A DNA stretch of 38,732 nucleotides from the IMG/VR virus record IMGVR_UViG_2718218126_000001; one strand, written 5' to 3'. The notes beneath the pieces were generated by a model. It saw nothing but the letters and a program-made list of their open reading frames with translations, made no database searches and was not told the DNA's origin. The stretch is from a virus. Lineage: Duplodnaviria > Heunggongvirae > Uroviricota > Caudoviricetes. Shown piece after piece: positions 36,550 through 38,732 of the stretch; positions within the stretch are counted from its first letter, which is position 1; every line of letters starts with the position of its first letter. Position numbers and translations under genes: made by a program.

Positions 36550-36770
36550 ACTTCTTTCGGTTTTTTATCACCGAGAGCGGACCACAGCAACAGAATGATC
36601 CACATCAAAAATATCCATCCGAATAATATATTCAGAATAACGACCATTGCGCAGCTTTTATGTCCCCTTATTAGAGCAATTACTAACGGTATTACGTATA
36701 AAATGATGGATATTAACGGGTTCGCCATTAACCATATATACAGAGCGATAACCCACGCAAATAATTCCAT
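36528..36770 (-). CDS. Small two-TM membrane protein, superinfection-immunity (Imm)-like, antisense within the tail operon
   Basis: 80 aa from the ATG with GAGG RBS (ORF reaches 36788). IRGHKSCAMVVILNILFGWIFLMWIILLLWSAL resembles the Imm_superinfect pattern; local AT-richness. Confidence 0.5.
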   Translation of the reverse strand: MELFAWVIALYIWLMANPLISIILYVIPLVIALIRGHKSCAMVVILNILFGWIFLMWIILLLWSALGDKKPKEVQSSEAP

Positions 36771-36786
36771 TTGAGGCCTCATAATC

Positions 36787-36999
36787 ATGATTACATATAC
36801 GACGCGGGACGGTGACCGTCTCGATCAAATCTGCTTTGCGGTCTACGGGAGAGCGTCAAAAACGACAGAGACTGTTTTATATCAGGTTTCGAATTACGGC
36901 GTAACTGATATGTGTGCCGTGTTTCGTGCTGGAGAAAAAATTGTTTTACCAGAAATCGAACCAGAACCGGTTAAAAAAGAAACGCAATTATGGGATTGA
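36787..36999 (+). CDS. Tail protein X (P2 gpX-like)
   Basis: 70 aa; RDGDRLDQICFAVYGR...ETVLYQ resembles the P2 X pattern. Confidence 0.8.
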   Translation: MITYTTRDGDRLDQICFAVYGRASKTTETVLYQVSNYGVTDMCAVFRAGEKIVLPEIEPEPVKKETQLWD

Positions 37000-37002
37000 T
37001 GA

Positions 37003-38046
37003 ATGGGTGATTACGTAAATACTGGCGTGGAGGCGTGGAAACCTAATTTTTATATATCTGCTGATAATAAAAACATCACGGATAAAATAAGAAAAGGGCT
37101 GATCAATATCACGCTGACTGATTATGGCGGCTCCAGTAAACAGACAGACGAACTCCGCGTAGCAATAGTTTCTGAAACTCTGAAAATTCCGGCCCGTGGA
37201 GTGAAAATTAGCATTGGGCTCGGTTTTGGTAATCAGATAATCGATAAAGGTATATACATCGTCGACGGGGCGAGCAGTGGCGGTGAACCTCGGGTAGTTG
37301 ATTTCACAGCAAAAGCGGCTCCGATGAACGCGTCAAAGGGCTCTCCGACAGTTCAGAGCAAAAAGACGCGCTCATGGAGCGACGTCACCGTCAGCGATAT
37401 CGTTGCGACAATAGCGAGTGATAACGGGCTAAAACCACGCGTATCAAAGCGGTTTGCAAACAATGTTATCACGCAACTCGATCAGGTCGGCGAGTCAGAT
37501 ATGCACCTGATGTCGCGGCTCGCAACGAGATTCGATGCGGTGAGTAAACCCGCGGGCGGGTACTGGATATTCCTGCCGCGCGGCGCGGGCGAATCTGTTA
37601 GCGGAGCACCGCTTCAGCACTACACGCTCACGCGTCGTGATAACTCCAGCTGGGGTTATTCGAGAAATGGACAAAACGGCGATAGTGGCGGAGGTGGCGA
37701 AAATGCGGAACCAACATATCTGATCAAATATCACGATACAGCAACGGGGCAGATCAAAGAATTGCGTACGGGCAGTGGCGGCGATCCTGTAATCGAGTGG
37801 CCGGCAGTGGAGCCGTCGCTTGATGCAGCGAAAGAAGCTGCGCCAGGACTCAAGGGCGGTGCGGCTAAAAAAGAGTTTTCCATGACGTACACAACGCCAG
37901 CAACGCTCGATTTAGTATCGCTGACTGCAGAATGCAAAGTCACAACACAAGGGTTCGGGACAGAGGAGGACCGAGACTGGACAATCAATACGTTGACGCT
38001 GACGCTGGCTGAAAACGGATTCTCTGCGCGACTGTCGCTGGAGTAA
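37003..38046 (+). CDS. Tail protein D (P2 gpD-like, late control D family)
   Basis: 347 aa; position after U and X as in P2-like and R-pyocin tail clusters. Confidence 0.8.
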   Translation: MGDYVNTGVEAWKPNFYISADNKNITDKIRKGLINITLTDYGGSSKQTDELRVAIVSETLKIPARGVKISIGLGFGNQIIDKGIYIVDGASSGGEPRVVDFTAKAAPMNASKGSPTVQSKKTRSWSDVTVSDIVATIASDNGLKPRVSKRFANNVITQLDQVGESDMHLMSRLATRFDAVSKPAGGYWIFLPRGAGESVSGAPLQHYTLTRRDNSSWGYSRNGQNGDSGGGGENAEPTYLIKYHDTATGQIKELRTGSGGDPVIEWPAVEPSLDAAKEAAPGLKGGAAKKEFSMTYTTPATLDLVSLTAECKVTTQGFGTEEDRDWTINTLTLTLAENGFSARLSLE

Positions 38047-38051
38047 ATGAA

Positions 38052-38732
38052 ATGGCAATAATATCGGGTGCATACGCAAATGGGGTCGGCGAGCCCGTTG
38101 TCGGCGTTCAGTTAGTATTAACAGCACGGGTCACGAGTTCACGCGTAGTAATGACCACTGTTGTAGAGCAAGAAACAGGCGCGGCGGGTGAGTACAAATT
38201 TGATATGAATCCCGGAGTTTACGTTGTCACTGCTAGTGCGGCATATCTCGGCGTGATTAACGTTAACCCGGACAGTGTTGACGGCACGTTAAACGACTAT
38301 TTGACTAATTTTAGCGCAGACGAACTGACGCCAGCTGCGTTGGCGGAGATTCAAGAGCTAGTATCGGCTGCGAAAAATGCTGCAGCAGCAGCAGACGCCA
38401 GCGCCAGTGCGGCGCACACATCTGAAACTAACAGCGCGAACAGCGCAGCAGCAGCAGCAGCGGCAGCCGCCAGTCTTGACTCGTCAAAATTCGCAAAACT
38501 CGATAAGGAAAATGAATTTCTGGAAAAAAACAAATTCAAAAAATTGGCGACATTTTTGTTGGGTGCCACGTTTGACTCACCGGCGACATTTAATAACAAT
38601 ATCCAGATAGGGAAAAATTCAGCAGGCAACACAAATACAGCATCATGCTATACTGACTTTGATTTATACTTCGGTCGTTCTGTCCGAATTTATTCCACTA
38701 CAGTTGACGGGGTCAAAAAAACGGTCAATTAG
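38052..38732 (+). CDS. Tail fibre protein with lambda Stf-like N-terminal domain; stop codon is the last 3 nt of the window
   Basis: N-terminal ~100 aa (GVINVNPDSVDGTLNDYL...) resemble the lambda side-tail-fibre N-terminus; Ala-rich low-complexity middle. Confidence 0.6.
   Translation: MAIISGAYANGVGEPVVGVQLVLTARVTSSRVVMTTVVEQETGAAGEYKFDMNPGVYVVTASAAYLGVINVNPDSVDGTLNDYLTNFSADELTPAALAEIQELVSAAKNAAAAADASASAAHTSETNSANSAAAAAAAAASLDSSKFAKLDKENEFLEKNKFKKLATFLLGATFDSPATFNNNIQIGKNSAGNTNTASCYTDFDLYFGRSVRIYSTTVDGVKKTVN

Larger units (their letters stand above)
982..38732. mobile_element. Lambdoid prophage (lambda-like head, P2-like contractile tail) integrated at the serU 3' end; right end lies beyond the window
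   Basis: Integrase immediately 3' of the tRNA, followed by recombination, nin, Q, lysis, packaging, head and tail modules. Exact att core not determinable without the right junction. Confidence 0.85.

Noticed and set aside
38380-38470. GCA/GCC trinucleotide-rich repeat
   Set aside because: Codes an in-frame poly-Ala/Ser linker of the tail-fibre protein; not a CRISPR array or microsatellite locus.
1-38732. CRISPR arrays, rRNA genes, additional tRNAs
   Set aside because: No regularly spaced direct repeats with unique spacers and no rRNA-like or further tRNA-like sequences were seen.

Overview
This window covers the left junction and most of a mosaic lambdoid prophage integrated at the 3' end of tRNA-Ser(CGA) (serU), next to the host gene mtfA. 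Gene order: mtfA (-), tRNA-Ser (+), then a minus-strand early operon (integrase, DUF4224 xis-like, small ORF, CsrA-like protein, Gp157-like protein, large protein with a Rad52/Sak-type annealing domain). Next comes an intact IS3-family (IS629-like) element followed by a 255-bp tandem copy of its own right end, then an AT-rich accessory block bounded by ~77-bp imperfect direct repeats (DUF1311 lipoprotein, T5orf172/GIY-YIG protein, small ORFs). A minus-strand ImmA/IrrE-type metallopeptidase plus membrane-anchored protein operon sits where lambdoid phages normally carry cI/rex, followed by LexA-box-associated small genes, nin-like genes, a Q-like antiterminator and a lysis cassette. A second AT-rich moron block contains a terminase-small-subunit-like gene remnant and a putative cos region. 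The structural genes are lambda-like for packaging and head (Nu1, A, W, B, C, D, E, FI-like) and P2/R-pyocin-like for the contractile tail (V, W, J, I, H, sheath, tube, E, T, U, X, D), ending in a tail-fibre gene at the window edge. No canonical cI/cro/O/P genes, CRISPR array or rRNA were recognised. The best candidates for an undescribed accessory or defence function are the peptidase plus membrane-protein pair, the T5orf172 island, the CsrA-like early gene and the antisense membrane protein inside the tail operon. All family assignments are made by eye from motifs recalled from memory, not from database searches.
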